From Dimorphilus gyrociliatus (lineage: Eukaryota; Animalia; Annelida), in contig CAJFCJ010000011.1 of assembly GCA_904063045.1 (NCBI GenBank), forward strand, positions 992,001 through 1,056,000: DNA of 64,000 nt, given 5' to 3'. Below the pieces are notes generated by a model. The model was not told the origin of the DNA. It made no database searches and saw nothing but the letters and a program-made list of their open reading frames with translations. Of the stretch, positions 1 to 12,700 are shown in pieces (position 1 is the stretch's first letter; each line of letters starts with the position of its first letter). A program made the position numbers and the translations under genes.

Positions 1-1807
1 AAATGTCTTACCTTAAAATAAGGCTTTTTGCAAATCTTTTGTTCCCAAGAATAACAAAAAATTCCTGAATTGAAAAAAAATAATTATTAGATTCAGAAAG
101 ACTCTTTTAAACAAATTATACGATAATTTTAGCTAAATATTTTTATTTGTAATGAAGAAGAACCGGTAGTTCTTACTTCTTTCTTACATTTATATTATTC
201 TCAGTAATAAGTCATCTAGAAAGTTTAGACCCAAAATAACAGGTCAATTGATTCAATCAGCATAGTTTGCAATCTCATTTAGCTACTGTATCTATTTTTG
301 AGCCTACAATTTATAGCTTCGGAAAGAATTGACGTCCAAAATGTAGATATAAATAAAGATGAGAATAGAATGTTATGCTTTCACAAGCAATCATCGTTAA
401 AATGTTAAAAAGACTATTATATATCTATTTATACTTGAATTATTGACTGTTTTCATACAACACTAATAATAATTACACTTTTTAATACATACCTAACAGC
501 GTAAGAAAGCTAAAGAGCTTCATTCTGTCTTCCCAAGTTTTCGACTGACATGACTAAACTTTGATGGCGCCACTGTATTAAAAGAATCTTTTAGTGTATG
601 ATTGATTCTATCCCATTATAAACAAACAATATTTTAATTACTACATGAGCATTAAAAACAATTAAAGAGAGATTGAAAACTGTATTATATACATTATGAA
701 TAAACACACTAGTAATTAATCATTCATAGCGTATTAAATGATTATATATAGCAAGTTTAATATTTAAATTAAACAAGTAATTATAATTCATTCATATTTT
801 TCAAATGTTCGCTTTCTATACTTTTGAATAGATCTTCTCTATATCTTCTCTTCCGCTATTATGTACTCTTGAAAGGGTAGACTAAGTGAGTAAAGTATGG
901 TAAATCCAAAAAAAAGGAACTAAGGAAACATAAAAGCAATAACAACGATAGAGTAATTAAAATAAGTGCCATATTAACCATCAATTAAATAGAGATGCAC
1001 GATAACCTAACAGTGTCTAAAATATTAATAAAATTGAGAATAATTGCTTTTAATTTTATGTTTGTTTCTCCAGTGAACAGCCAATAAGTCTCTGTCTGAT
1101 AATGTAAAAAATATAGAAAGAACATTGGGAAATAGGAAATTAATTAAGAAACTCTTGATTAACATGTGAAAATAACTAAGTTTTCTTACAAAATATAGCT
1201 TACAAGCTCCTAAATTACAAGGGCTTAATAGTGTAAGAGATTAATTAAAAAGTGATTTCTAGCTACTTTTCCTATATACCGTAGTAATAACTTTCTGACG
1301 TTATTTAGAAACTTTCTATCTTTTCTATATATAATAAAAAACAGGATTTTGATCAATTATTTTGTTGAAGAAAAGTAAAAGTGAACTTGCAACTTGACCT
1401 ATTGAATCAGAAAGTTTAATTGTATTCGAGTTTTACTTGATGATAACATTCAACTTACATTAACCTAATTATGAGATTTGAAAGAAAAAAAGAAATATGA
1501 TAAAAAATTATTCAGAAGAAAGGTTACATATTAATTTCTTAAACAATGTCATTTATCTTTGTATATTTTTGTATTTTTCTTGCTTTCTAGTTATAATGAA
1601 TTATTTTAAACATTTAGTGAAAGCTAAAAATAAACAGCATAACATTAAATTGGATTATGTGTAGTTTATAGTAAATCCCGTAGACGGCGTATTTAAAAAT
1701 TTTTCGTCAACTAGAGCCACCTAACAAGGTGGATAATTTCTGCCATACTATGAACTTTTTCGTTTCCATGTATGGTATCAAGCTAAAGTTTGTGGAAGTT
1801 TATTCTT

Positions 1808-2875
1808 CTACATGATTTGTGCGGATATCATAAATACGTCTCCCAATCTTGCTTCTGTTGCATAGTTTACCATGACATTTTTTGCAGAATATACGAATAT
1901 AGGAAATGTATGGCCAGAAAGTATTTCGTAGCTGCAAGGTACAGTGGAGGGAGAACCTTCAAAAACAGTTAGCCATCCTTTATCAACTCCACACCCGCCC
2001 CAGTTGGCATTCATATAAAATCTTCTATCAGATGCATTATCACTGTCGATTAAAAATATTTTAATATAGATTTTTTTAAGGCGTTAAAAAGTAACCCATC
2101 GATTGAAAAGTAGTTAGTTGTTGGTTTTGGAGATTGAAGTAAATCTGTATATGAGCTTGCGATAATTTTATCGATGTCCAACCAGTTCATTTTGTCAGAA
2201 TTTGTAGAATTAAAAACAACAAATGCCTTTTCTACATTGTTCTCATATACCGAAACACGAATCTGTTTTTAAAGTAAAACTTGAATAATATAATAAAGCA
2301 TAAGTTAATGTTAAAATTTCTAACCTTTTTTACTTTTTTCCATTCAACTTCATCATCAATCATCTTGGATTTGAATACTCCCTTATGACTTGGGTTGGAA
2401 GTCTGAAGATCTGCATTATAACTGTTCAGAGAGTTTGTTGATTTCCAGAGATCAAATAATCTTGTATTTGTGTTTGCAGAACTTCTGAATAAAATTATCC
2501 AATTATCATTTTCCTAAAATAAAATGGACTTTACAGGAAAATAAACAAATGGAGTTAATACATCACCTCTCGTAAAATAGTAAAGTATGATTTGTTACCG
2601 TAAAGGATTAAAGGATTTTCAGAATTTATTACAGTTGTCAACTTCTTTTTCATGCAAATTCTATCAGGAGTGTAGACTACAAGATCACAGTTATCATCTT
2701 TCAAACAAATATAAAAACAACTGGAATACTCTAAAGGGTCATTATATATTTCCCCTATAACTTTCCCATTAGTAACCCCATATTTATGTATAGTTCTAAT
2801 TTGGGATTGTATACTAACAGCAACAATCCCAAAAAAAATCGCGCAAAACAGTACTCTTATCCTTAAGTTGCTCAT
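1808..2875 (-). CDS. Secreted protein: signal peptide + PAN/apple domain + unnamed invertebrate domain (about 299 aa, 4 exons)
   Basis: Exons 2875-2567, 2513-2325, 2262-2096, 2042-1808 join in frame across GT-AG introns of 53-62 nt. Hydrophobic N-terminus (MSNLRIRVLFCAIFFGIVAVS); apple-like Cys pattern (CFYICLKDDNC..VY..RIC); C-terminal NYFSIDG-DNASDRRFYMNANWGGCGVDKGWL. Confidence 0.8.
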
Positions 2876-4179
2876 GATAGAAATGAAACAAAAAGGTATG
2901 AAACACGCATTATTTGCGATATTGACTATTTAAAAGCTGAAAGCTTTTAAATCAATCTTTAGAACAAAAGAGGAAAAACGTCATGAAGAACACATCAGTG
3001 GAAAGATTACCAAAAGAGATAACTATTCAACTGATCGTGGTGATCTAATTGCACATTTATTTGATCAATTTTTATCAAATAGTCTTATAACATAGTCAAA
3101 TTATAAAACAATTAATGAATCTATCGCGTACATAAAAGAAATAATAGGCGTTTTTTCCAACTTTTTACCATGACTTTTAATTGTCCAAGTTAAGATTCCA
3201 GTCTGAATAAATGTTGAAAACCATATTAGATTATAATATTCATCTATTTTACATTATATTATCCGTATTATGTCGTTAATACTGTAGTAAGTTTCTTCTC
3301 TAAAAGTATAACATTAAGAAGGGAGTAAGATTACAACTTTTATTATAACTAATGATATATCTGATATTAGAAATTTTCCTTGAAGCTATAAAACAAATGC
3401 CTATTGCCCATATAGACCTATATTATGCTTTACAATTATGACTCTATTTTATATTATTCCAGATGAAATTACGAAAGAATTGTATATTTGTGATCAATTA
3501 TCCATGAAGTTAGTTTGATCATTAACAAGCGTATCTGAAACGAAAAAAATGATCCTGACCCCATAAGACTCTAGATTGTCAAAAGGTTCAGTGTACTCGT
3601 ATAGTTTGTTAATTAAACAATAAAAATATCATAATTAATCTATATTATTTCACAATTTTTCAATATAATAACTTAGTTAACCAATAAAAGGGCGTTTATT
3701 TACCTTCTTTATTAAGTTTAATATACATTTCACTAAGAACACAATGATTTAGTTTCATATTAAACACCTTTTAAATAATTGTTTCGTCTTCAAGTAAATA
3801 TTTGTTAAATAATAAACTACTTAATTAAATTAAGACTACAAACTAGTTTCTTTTATCTCAATAAGACTGCTTATCCTTATGATTAACGCATCTTATGTCA
3901 TCATTGTGTATCAGGACAATTTTATCGACATATTTTAATCATTTTCATTTTAGGAAAAGTCAGTGTGAAGTATTTAAAAAAGAGAAGTTTTACTGGGACA
4001 CCCCCAATGAAACACTGTATATGGGCATAATAGAGATATCTACAACTTTTTCTTCTTTTCCTTTCAGTGAAGCAGGTCTTAACCGAAATTATAATATATA
4101 CAACTGTAAATATAAGCACATATATATACTGTATATATAATATAGACTATGTATAAAAGAAATAATAAACCGTACTCCA

Positions 4180-4195
4180 TTGCCATCTAGCGGCC
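4180..4195 (-). promoter_or_regulatory. CTCF-like motif (GGCCGCTAGATGGCAA)
   Basis: Close match to the CTCF core CCNCYAGRKGGCR in intergenic DNA upstream of RIM. Motif match only. Confidence 0.55.
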
Positions 4196-5096
4196 ATTCA
4201 AGAAATTTATTATAGAATTCTGTATGATAATTCGAAGATGACTCTTATTGCAAATAATTCTAATTTCGTTAAAGCCTTATTTTTCATTTAAACTTTAAAC
4301 ATAAATTAATTATTCATATCTATTATATTAAAAATATATAGATATTTAGTCCTAGATAAATTTAGTCTTAAGGAATTTAACATACTGTATTTCTCTTCAT
4401 AGAGTATAATGAAAATATGTTTATAAAACCTTGTTCTCTTTAATTAAATCATTCGAATCGGATGAATGTGTGTTGTTGTTGATTTTTGTTTTTACTGTAT
4501 TACACTATTCAGAATTAAACAGTTCTTGATTAGTATTTTAATATAAACTACAATAAAATGTATGCCCAATGAAAATGTTCACAAATGTATCAATGTGTTG
4601 AATTATCAGCTAATTATAATTTTCTAAAAGGTAAAATCAAGTTCACTGATTCTCTGCTACGTTAATTTTTAGGTTAAAACCTTTGAAATAATTGATTGCA
4701 TGTAAAAACCATATATTTGATATTTAGTAAGATTTACGTAGCTTTATATTCATAAATATTATCTTTTAGTATACTATACACGTCATTTACTAAATAGAGC
4801 AAATGTTCCATAATGTTAAAGTGTAAGCCAGTGTTCTATTTAGAATACAATATCAGTTTAATTGAGAATACAGATATAACGAGTTATATAGCCATAATCA
4901 CAATTATAAACATTCATAAATGTAAATTTGAATACATGCAGATGTTCATTTATCTATATTCAAAGCCTCAAAAAAATGCTAATATCAATGTTTTATCCCT
5001 ATGCAGTAATATAAGGTTACAACTTCTACGCCTGAAAACAGCTTCTATATCTACCTTAAGCGTTCTCTTAAATAGCATACTACAATGACAGTTTGC

Positions 5097-5436
5097 TGAT
5101 TGGTCAACTGCAAAACTCCGCAGTTAATTTCTTACGATGCAATATATCGAGAAAAGAAATATTTCTACGTATTTAGAATTTAAATTTATATTTACACGTT
5201 TAATGTGAAAAAATAATAATTTTTCCCTATACTAGACAAATCACGTGACTAGACGGCGCGAATTTTTCATAAGCTGCAGCAAAAAAATCAATATGACACT
5301 GCACTGTTTAAAGTACAAACCGGCTAACTGTGCAGTTGAACGGAATCTATTCAAACATCTTTGAGAAGACAGTCGAAAATTTTTAACACTAAGAAAAATC
5401 TACTGCAAATTTCGTTGATTGGCTGACTGCAAAACT
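5097..5436 (+). promoter_or_regulatory. RIM promoter region with duplicated inverted-CCAAT element and E-box
   Basis: TGATTGGnnnACTGCAAAACT at 5097-5117 and 5416-5436; TCACGTGA at 5241-5248; immediately upstream of the first RIM exon. Confidence 0.4.
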
Positions 5437-5598
5437 GCTCATGCATAATTCATAAGAGACAGAATCAAGATGGACGACGTCGACGACAGATTCGGCAGGC
5501 GTTCGTCGATCGTCGTACATAGGAAAACTGTAGGAATATGACCTACATTTTTCCCAATCTGGAAAACTGTAAAAATTCGGCCTGAGTCGGATTACGTA

Positions 5599-6356
5599 AT
5601 GACGACGCGTCGTCCGTCGCTCCCTCCTTTACCGGATCTTTCTCACCTAACTGAGGCGGAGAGAAAAATTATCGAAAGTGTTCTGGAGCGGCAAAGGGAA
5701 GAAGAAGAGAGGGAACACGAAATATTAAGGTAAGCATCATTTACATTTGACAATAAATGAAAAATTACAGTAGAACGGATCGAAGCCGCCATTTTGACTA
5801 ATCAATGAGCGGAGTAGGAAAATCGCCTATAGATTATCGTCTTGTCTATTTTTTACTTTAAATGGCATGTTTGATTCTATATTATCTAGAAATATTCAAG
5901 TATAAAGCTAAAACAAGTCAAAACCCACGCATTTTCTTGCATAGGTAATATTCTACTTTTGCACATTATACATTCGGCCATTATGTGCACTATTTACATA
6001 AACTAGACCATTCTCCGACTATACATGACACAATATGACTTATAAAATATTTATTGTTGCGAAAAAATGCCGAACGCCAACGACATTATCATAATAAATT
6101 GATCGAATTATCTATTCTTTTCCTTTTTATACATTTTTGTTCTTCACTTTCCTTCTATGCTCCTCGATTTTTATTCTCTTTCCGTCTTTCTTTCTTCTTT
6201 TTTTTGCAAAAGAAAACCGTTCAATTTTTGTTTTCCAAAATGTAAACATTTCAACTTTTTCCGTTTAAAAATAGCTACCAATGACGTCACATTAGTTGTT
6301 TGTCAATGGAATCGTCGTTACTTAGTTGTATTTTTATTCATATACCTTTATATATA

Positions 6357-6396
<40 letters not shown>

Positions 6397-6547
6397 GAAG
6401 TATACACAAAATATATAAATTTTATATATATTATATATATCTTTACACACATAAGCATAAGCCATATACTGTATATTTTATATTCGTATTTACATATTTT
6501 ATACATGCACATAATGTGTATAAAAATTATTTACATTTAAATACTTG

Positions 6548-6606
<59 letters not shown>

Positions 6607-6731
6607 TGTATATATGGGAAACTATATATGAAGTTATATATATAACTGTGTATACAGTATGCATAGTACATATAAATATCAAAAGCATATACAGCATATA
6701 TCCATATTATATTGCCAATATATACACACGC

Positions 6732-6767
<36 letters not shown>

Positions 6768-9700
6768 TTATATATATACTGTATATAGTAACAACTCATG
6801 ACATATTTTCTAATAAACTATACATCACTTATAAAACTATGTACAATTTCTTTCTTCTGTTCTGGAATTTCTCGTCAAGTTTTTTGTATTGATAATCGAT
6901 TACTCTTTTAATTCAACCGAATCAGATAACTTGAAATTATATAACCCTTTTTTTTGCGGTGGGCAATCAAAAAGGCAGACGTTACTGACTAAATGAGTCA
7001 TTGTAATTGTTTTGATTATATCGAATTGCTTCTGTTTACAATTTGTTAAGAGAAATCCTCTATTATATAATCTTACAGCTTTAAACGTATGTCGGTTATC
7101 CCATTTCTGGAATTTATGTATCTTTTAAAAAGTCATTATATTTTAGCCCTTTATTCTTCAATCTCTCTTGTAATACTCTTTTTTTTCTCTCTAATGAATT
7201 TTACCGTTACCTTTCATTTTTTATTTTTTTTCTTCTTTGTTTCCTTCATAAAATTGATTCCCTTACGTAATAATAGACGAGTAATCTGGGAAAGTAAGTC
7301 ATTGTCTACATTATGTAGATACTCATAAAATTCATATCTTTATACGTGAGATACAACGTTTACTATTGCATGTTTAATATACATTATAATGCTTTTAGGC
7401 CTATATATAGTCTGCTTTTAATCTAACAGTGTCTGATAAATGATTAATTAGCATTCGTTCAAACTTATATTAAAACCCTCTTTAATGTAAAATGCGATAA
7501 TCAAGTTCTTAACAGGATTAACTTTTTATTTGATTGATAGCACATTTTTATGCATAATCTGCATATGTAGATAATTAACTGAACATTGAATGTCTGTGTA
7601 AACGGATTTATTTATACATCGTCTTCTAGGTCGATTACCTTCTTGATTGCATCTATATATTACATAACGATTAGTTAGAAGAGCTCTAAGGAAGATTTTG
7701 TGCAAATGTGTTCTTTCATATTAATGGAAAATCATTTTGTAGAGTGCGTTCAATTCCTATTATGACATAAATTTTTCTAGCTTTATACTTTATTCACATT
7801 ACTCATATTACTATATTGTTTGCACGGTATAAAGTTATTTTTGGTCTGTTAAATAAGGCCCATAGAAATTACTTTATGTAACCTTTTCCCTAATTTGATA
7901 GAGAAGGAAATAGGAAACTTAGCTCGTAACGTTTTTTTAAAGCAAATTCAAACGTATACCAACAGTAATATGAATTTCTTAAAACGCCATCTATGTTGAT
8001 TTACAGGAACTTACAGAACGAGGCAGACAAATGCGACACCGCTATTCGTCAAAAACATGAGGAGGTACAAAGAAAGCAAGTTCAAGCCACATCTGTCGGA
8101 CAGGATGTAGAGGCAATTTGCCAAATTTGTAATAAAACTAAATTCGCAGACGGTGTTGGGCATCGGTGTCATTATTGTCAATTGTTATCTTGCTCGAGAT
8201 GCGGTGGAAAAATTCACATGAAAGCCAACAGGGTTAGTATTTTCTCCTTGCCGTCATGTATACATACTTTTTACATTTACTGCATATTATAACTATATAT
8301 ATATATGAAAATAGCAACTACCTAGTAACATATACAGTATATACTATACATGACAACATATACAAGTATATTGATACTTAAAAATCCTATTAATTCTTTC
8401 TCGGCGTCCCCTCACTTCCTCCTCTCTCTCTCTCTTGCTATCTCACTCTCTCCCTTTTCACTATATTTAGACATAAATATTTATTAATGACGTAGAGTCT
8501 GCTCTATTAATTTTTCAAAAACTTATCTAAAATATGTAAAATGAAAAATAAATTCAAAGTTTTTTCATAAAAAGCAATTTCAAGACTTCTTACGTGACAA
8601 CGTAATACAGTCGTCCTAAAAATAGTTCAAAACACAGCATATGATATCATTAGCTATTTCTTTTATTTTCTTAAATAATAGACTTTGACACATAGAGTAA
8701 TAAATATATTGTACATACAAGTATATACCCTTCAAAAAAATATTGTTTATATTCTTTATGCTATATAATTACACTAAGATAACACATTGTTTAAAGAATT
8801 CAATAAAATGAGTGTTCAATTTAATATTTCGTAATCAAAAGTCTAAAAACAAATCATATTATTCTAATGTTATTGACCTAAAAATTGGCAAAATCTTTTC
8901 AGGGTGGCAAAATGGTGCATACTGGTCAGGTAAGAAAAAGTTTAGATAGGTTCATAAAACAATAAAATAGCAAAGTAATAATGGAAAAAAATAAATAACG
9001 ACCCTTCAAATTAGCTCTAGTTATTTCTTTTGTTTCTCGTTTGTTATGTTTTTATTTTAACTGGTTGTTTTTCATTTGATGCACTGTATAAAAAAAATAT
9101 TGAAAGAAAAAATTTATCATACTTTTCCTCAGTTTTTTGATCTGCTTCAAAAAAAAATATTAGAGATATGTAGGAGCTTTTTTCAAGTTCCACTTCACAA
9201 ATTGAGTATCTTATATTATATGTGTTCTATGCACTAGAAATTAGCTTTCAATTTAATGGTAAAAAGAATAATTTAGTTTTAATTCTGTTTATTTTTCTTG
9301 ATTACAGTTACTTTGGTGCTGTACATTATGTCGAAAGAAACAAGAACTACTGGTAAAGACTGGTCAATGGTACCATGGTGGCCAAGCGCGACCAGTGCAA
9401 TTGGACGTTGATTCCCCATCTGACACTGGATCGATAAGATCCATGCCACCATCAATTCCCTCGCAAGATCACAGCAAACCAACAACATTTAGGCGTCAAT
9501 ATTCCCAAGCTGATCGAATAGATGCCGCTAAACGTAATATACAACCTCATCAACCGGACAGGTTGATGAGAGGTCCTCATGAGTTTGACCACCTTGATCC
9601 CTCCAAGGCGAGAAGATCAAAAGTGGATAACAGTATGGCTCGAAACGATTCATTATCATCAGACCCATCTGATTGCGTCAGACCTCCTCCTCCCCGTCCT

Positions 9701-12700
9701 CACAAACAACGACGAAAACAACTTCATACAGTACCGCAACAGTCGCTCTCCTCATCGGATGATGACGTTCGAACAACGCCAGATTGTACCAGTTGCGATG
9801 ATCAAGAATTAGAAAGCGAGAGCGTATCAGAAAAAGGTAAGATCACTTTGTATATTTATCCCACGAATCTTTTCCTAACCTACAAATTTTTCCAGTATTG
9901 TTTTTTAAAAGAAAAAACAAAAGAATGTAGACACAATAACATAAAAAATGTTGATAACAAATAGAAGCTAATCTTCCAAATAATATTATTAATACTATTT
10001 AACATAACTTTTAATCTTTTTAATGATCTACATTACTAAAAAAATTACTGTTAATTAATTACGTTCAGCTGCGCGACAAGTTGACCGAAACGAAATTTTG
10101 GCTGCGAAAATTAAAAAATTTTTAGCGGTGAGAAATAATATACACTTTATACACTGTGTCATACCGCAATATTGTTTTAGTTCTACTATTTTTATGGTTA
10201 ATATTTGTATGTGAACATATACATTTATAATAGAAATAACAAAAATTTGATATAAAAATAAATGCAGTATCCTAATACGCATATAATACTATATTATGCA
10301 TATATTTACAGTATAATTTATATGTTCACATATAACTCTTCGTAATTGAATATTTTTATAGGTCTTTTAGAGACGCGTGCTAACGACACACTAAACTTCC
10401 ATTTTTGCATAAAAGAATTAAACAAAAATAGGGGAAAAGAGAATGTAAGAGTGAAACAGGAATAGAGAGCAATTCGGGAACATAAAGATTAGCTCCCTCA
10501 TGACAAAGCAGACAGAAAAAAAAACATTTTTACTTACTCTCTTTATTCACTTGTTGCCTCCACTTGAACTAGATATAAGTAGGCCTTTAAAATAACACAG
10601 TACAATATACTAGTAACTTACAGCTGTTGAAAAACATTTATTCCAGTATTATTGTGTTGGAAATCAATTCCTGACTAATTGTGAGACATGTTACAGAGCA
10701 TTGAAAAAAGTCTCTCTTAACAATACTTGTATGTTATATTTCTTTGCAATTTCTAAAGAAAAGGTGTAAGATGTTTGCAGTTGATCGATTATGACCAAAT
10801 TAGTTTACGTATGTAATAAACAAAATTTTTTTTATTTCTTTCGATCTTTTTATTCGTTTTTTATGATTGACCAAAAAATACTCAATTCTTCTTAGAAAAG
10901 GCAGTTGAGACAAGGGATATAGTTTTAATAAAGAAACAAAATAGAATTAGAATTTTATTGAAAGCGACAAAAAAACAATTAAAACAGGCTATGGAAGTAT
11001 GGCGGGCAGCATCGGCGACGTGGCAAGAGCTAAACCTCGTCTTGCTCGCCAAAAAGAGAGTAGGAGTTTGGAGGAAGATAGCGGTTGGAGTGAACCTCGC
11101 TTTGCACCTTCTCCGCCACCAAATTTGGAAGAAGAAGAGGACGATAGGACCCCGGTTTCAACTACTTTTAGTGTTCAGGTTGATAAAAAAAACCAAACAA
11201 AAAACCATCATCTTCCTTCTTGCCTCGTTCACCCGTGCTGCCCGCTGTTGTTCGTGTGCCACGTGATCTCTACTGGCCCCAGCTTTCGGGAATCGTCGAC
11301 ATTTTATTTTTCTTCGAGTCTTCTTATAATTTCTTTATTTTCATTTTCTGCATGAATTTATTATCAGAAACAGATATTTTAATTTCAAAGTGTTATTTTT
11401 TAAATAGAATTTTGGCATGCTTCAATGTTCAGAAGAAATTGGATGAATTGTAGAAATTTATATCCAATTTTTTCTCAATTTAATTTATTTCTTTAAATAA
11501 TTTCTCTTCATTTTAATGATAATTAATTTTTCTTATCTACCATTATCCCGATAATATTTCAAGAGATCTTATTTAAATGAACATTAATCCTTAATTAGAC
11601 TACTTTGCTGTATAACCTTCTGTTTTTAGACTTTCGTCTTCTCTTGAATCCCATTCCATAAGAAAAATTTGACATATTTTATATGAATTTTTGTTTATTT
11701 TTTCTTTTATCCTTTCCCTATTCAGCATCCGGTGCGATGGGAAGTATCAAGAGACCAGACCAAATTGACTGGCCATATGATATTAAAAAAGGGAGAGCCG
11801 TCCTATCCAGGCGATACGCGTGGTAACATCTTAGGTAAGGAAAATTTAGGTAAGACAAACAAACTTTTTAGGCTTTTCTGTTTATATTTTACTGAAGAAG
11901 AAAAAGAAATCACTATCTATTTTTTCAATTTAGATGCTATCAGCAAAATATTGCTGTGCATTTTTATGACTTAGCACTTTACGGCGCTTTCTAGAATAGT
12001 TTTTCTCACCTGACAAGAATTCAACTTGTTCTGTCTCTTTCACCTTCACAAAGTTTTAAAAAAGAGCTATTACTATTCCTTGTAGTATTGTATTATTTTT
12101 TTGAGATTTCAGAATAAATATTTATCTAAATTATGCCTCTCTTAACAATAATCAATAGGCCTAAAGGTTACTGGAGGAAAAGTGACTGAAGATGGTTACA
12201 TGGGAGCGTTCATAACAAAGGTGAAAAAGGGCAGTATAGCAGATAGAATAGGATACTTGAAACCGGGTGACGAAGTCCTGTATTGGAATAATCGTCCGCT
12301 GAAAGGAACGACTTTCGAACAGACTTATGATATAATAATGGAATCAAAGCAGGAACCACAAGTGGAACTAACTGTTGAAAGGATAATCACAGAGTAAGTG
12401 ATATATTTATCACAATATGCAAAGCAATATTATTCAAATGTTTTGCTAAAACTGAAACAGTCCATCCAGCCTTCCACCGGAATATATTGATTCCCATGGC
12501 TATAGGATGAGGAAAGATACGCCTCATCAGACTCATCAGCGTCCTCATCATCCTCCCAGTGTTACTGTCACATCACCTACTGCCTCACCGGTCCGCCAAC
12601 ACAATAAGGGGGCCGAAATCCTTATTAAATTACTGTATGAAGATCGTGACCTGCAGCTGATAGTCACAGTTATCAGGGCCGTTCGTCTCCCAACAAGAGC

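Noticed and set aside
11-64. Possible minus-strand exon (IFCYSWEQKICKKPYFK) at the window edge
   Set aside because: Too short and truncated to support a gene call.
6054-7328. Several I/Y/F-rich ORFs in RIM intron 1
   Set aside because: Artefacts of (TA)n and T-rich low-complexity DNA, which lacks stop codons in some frames.
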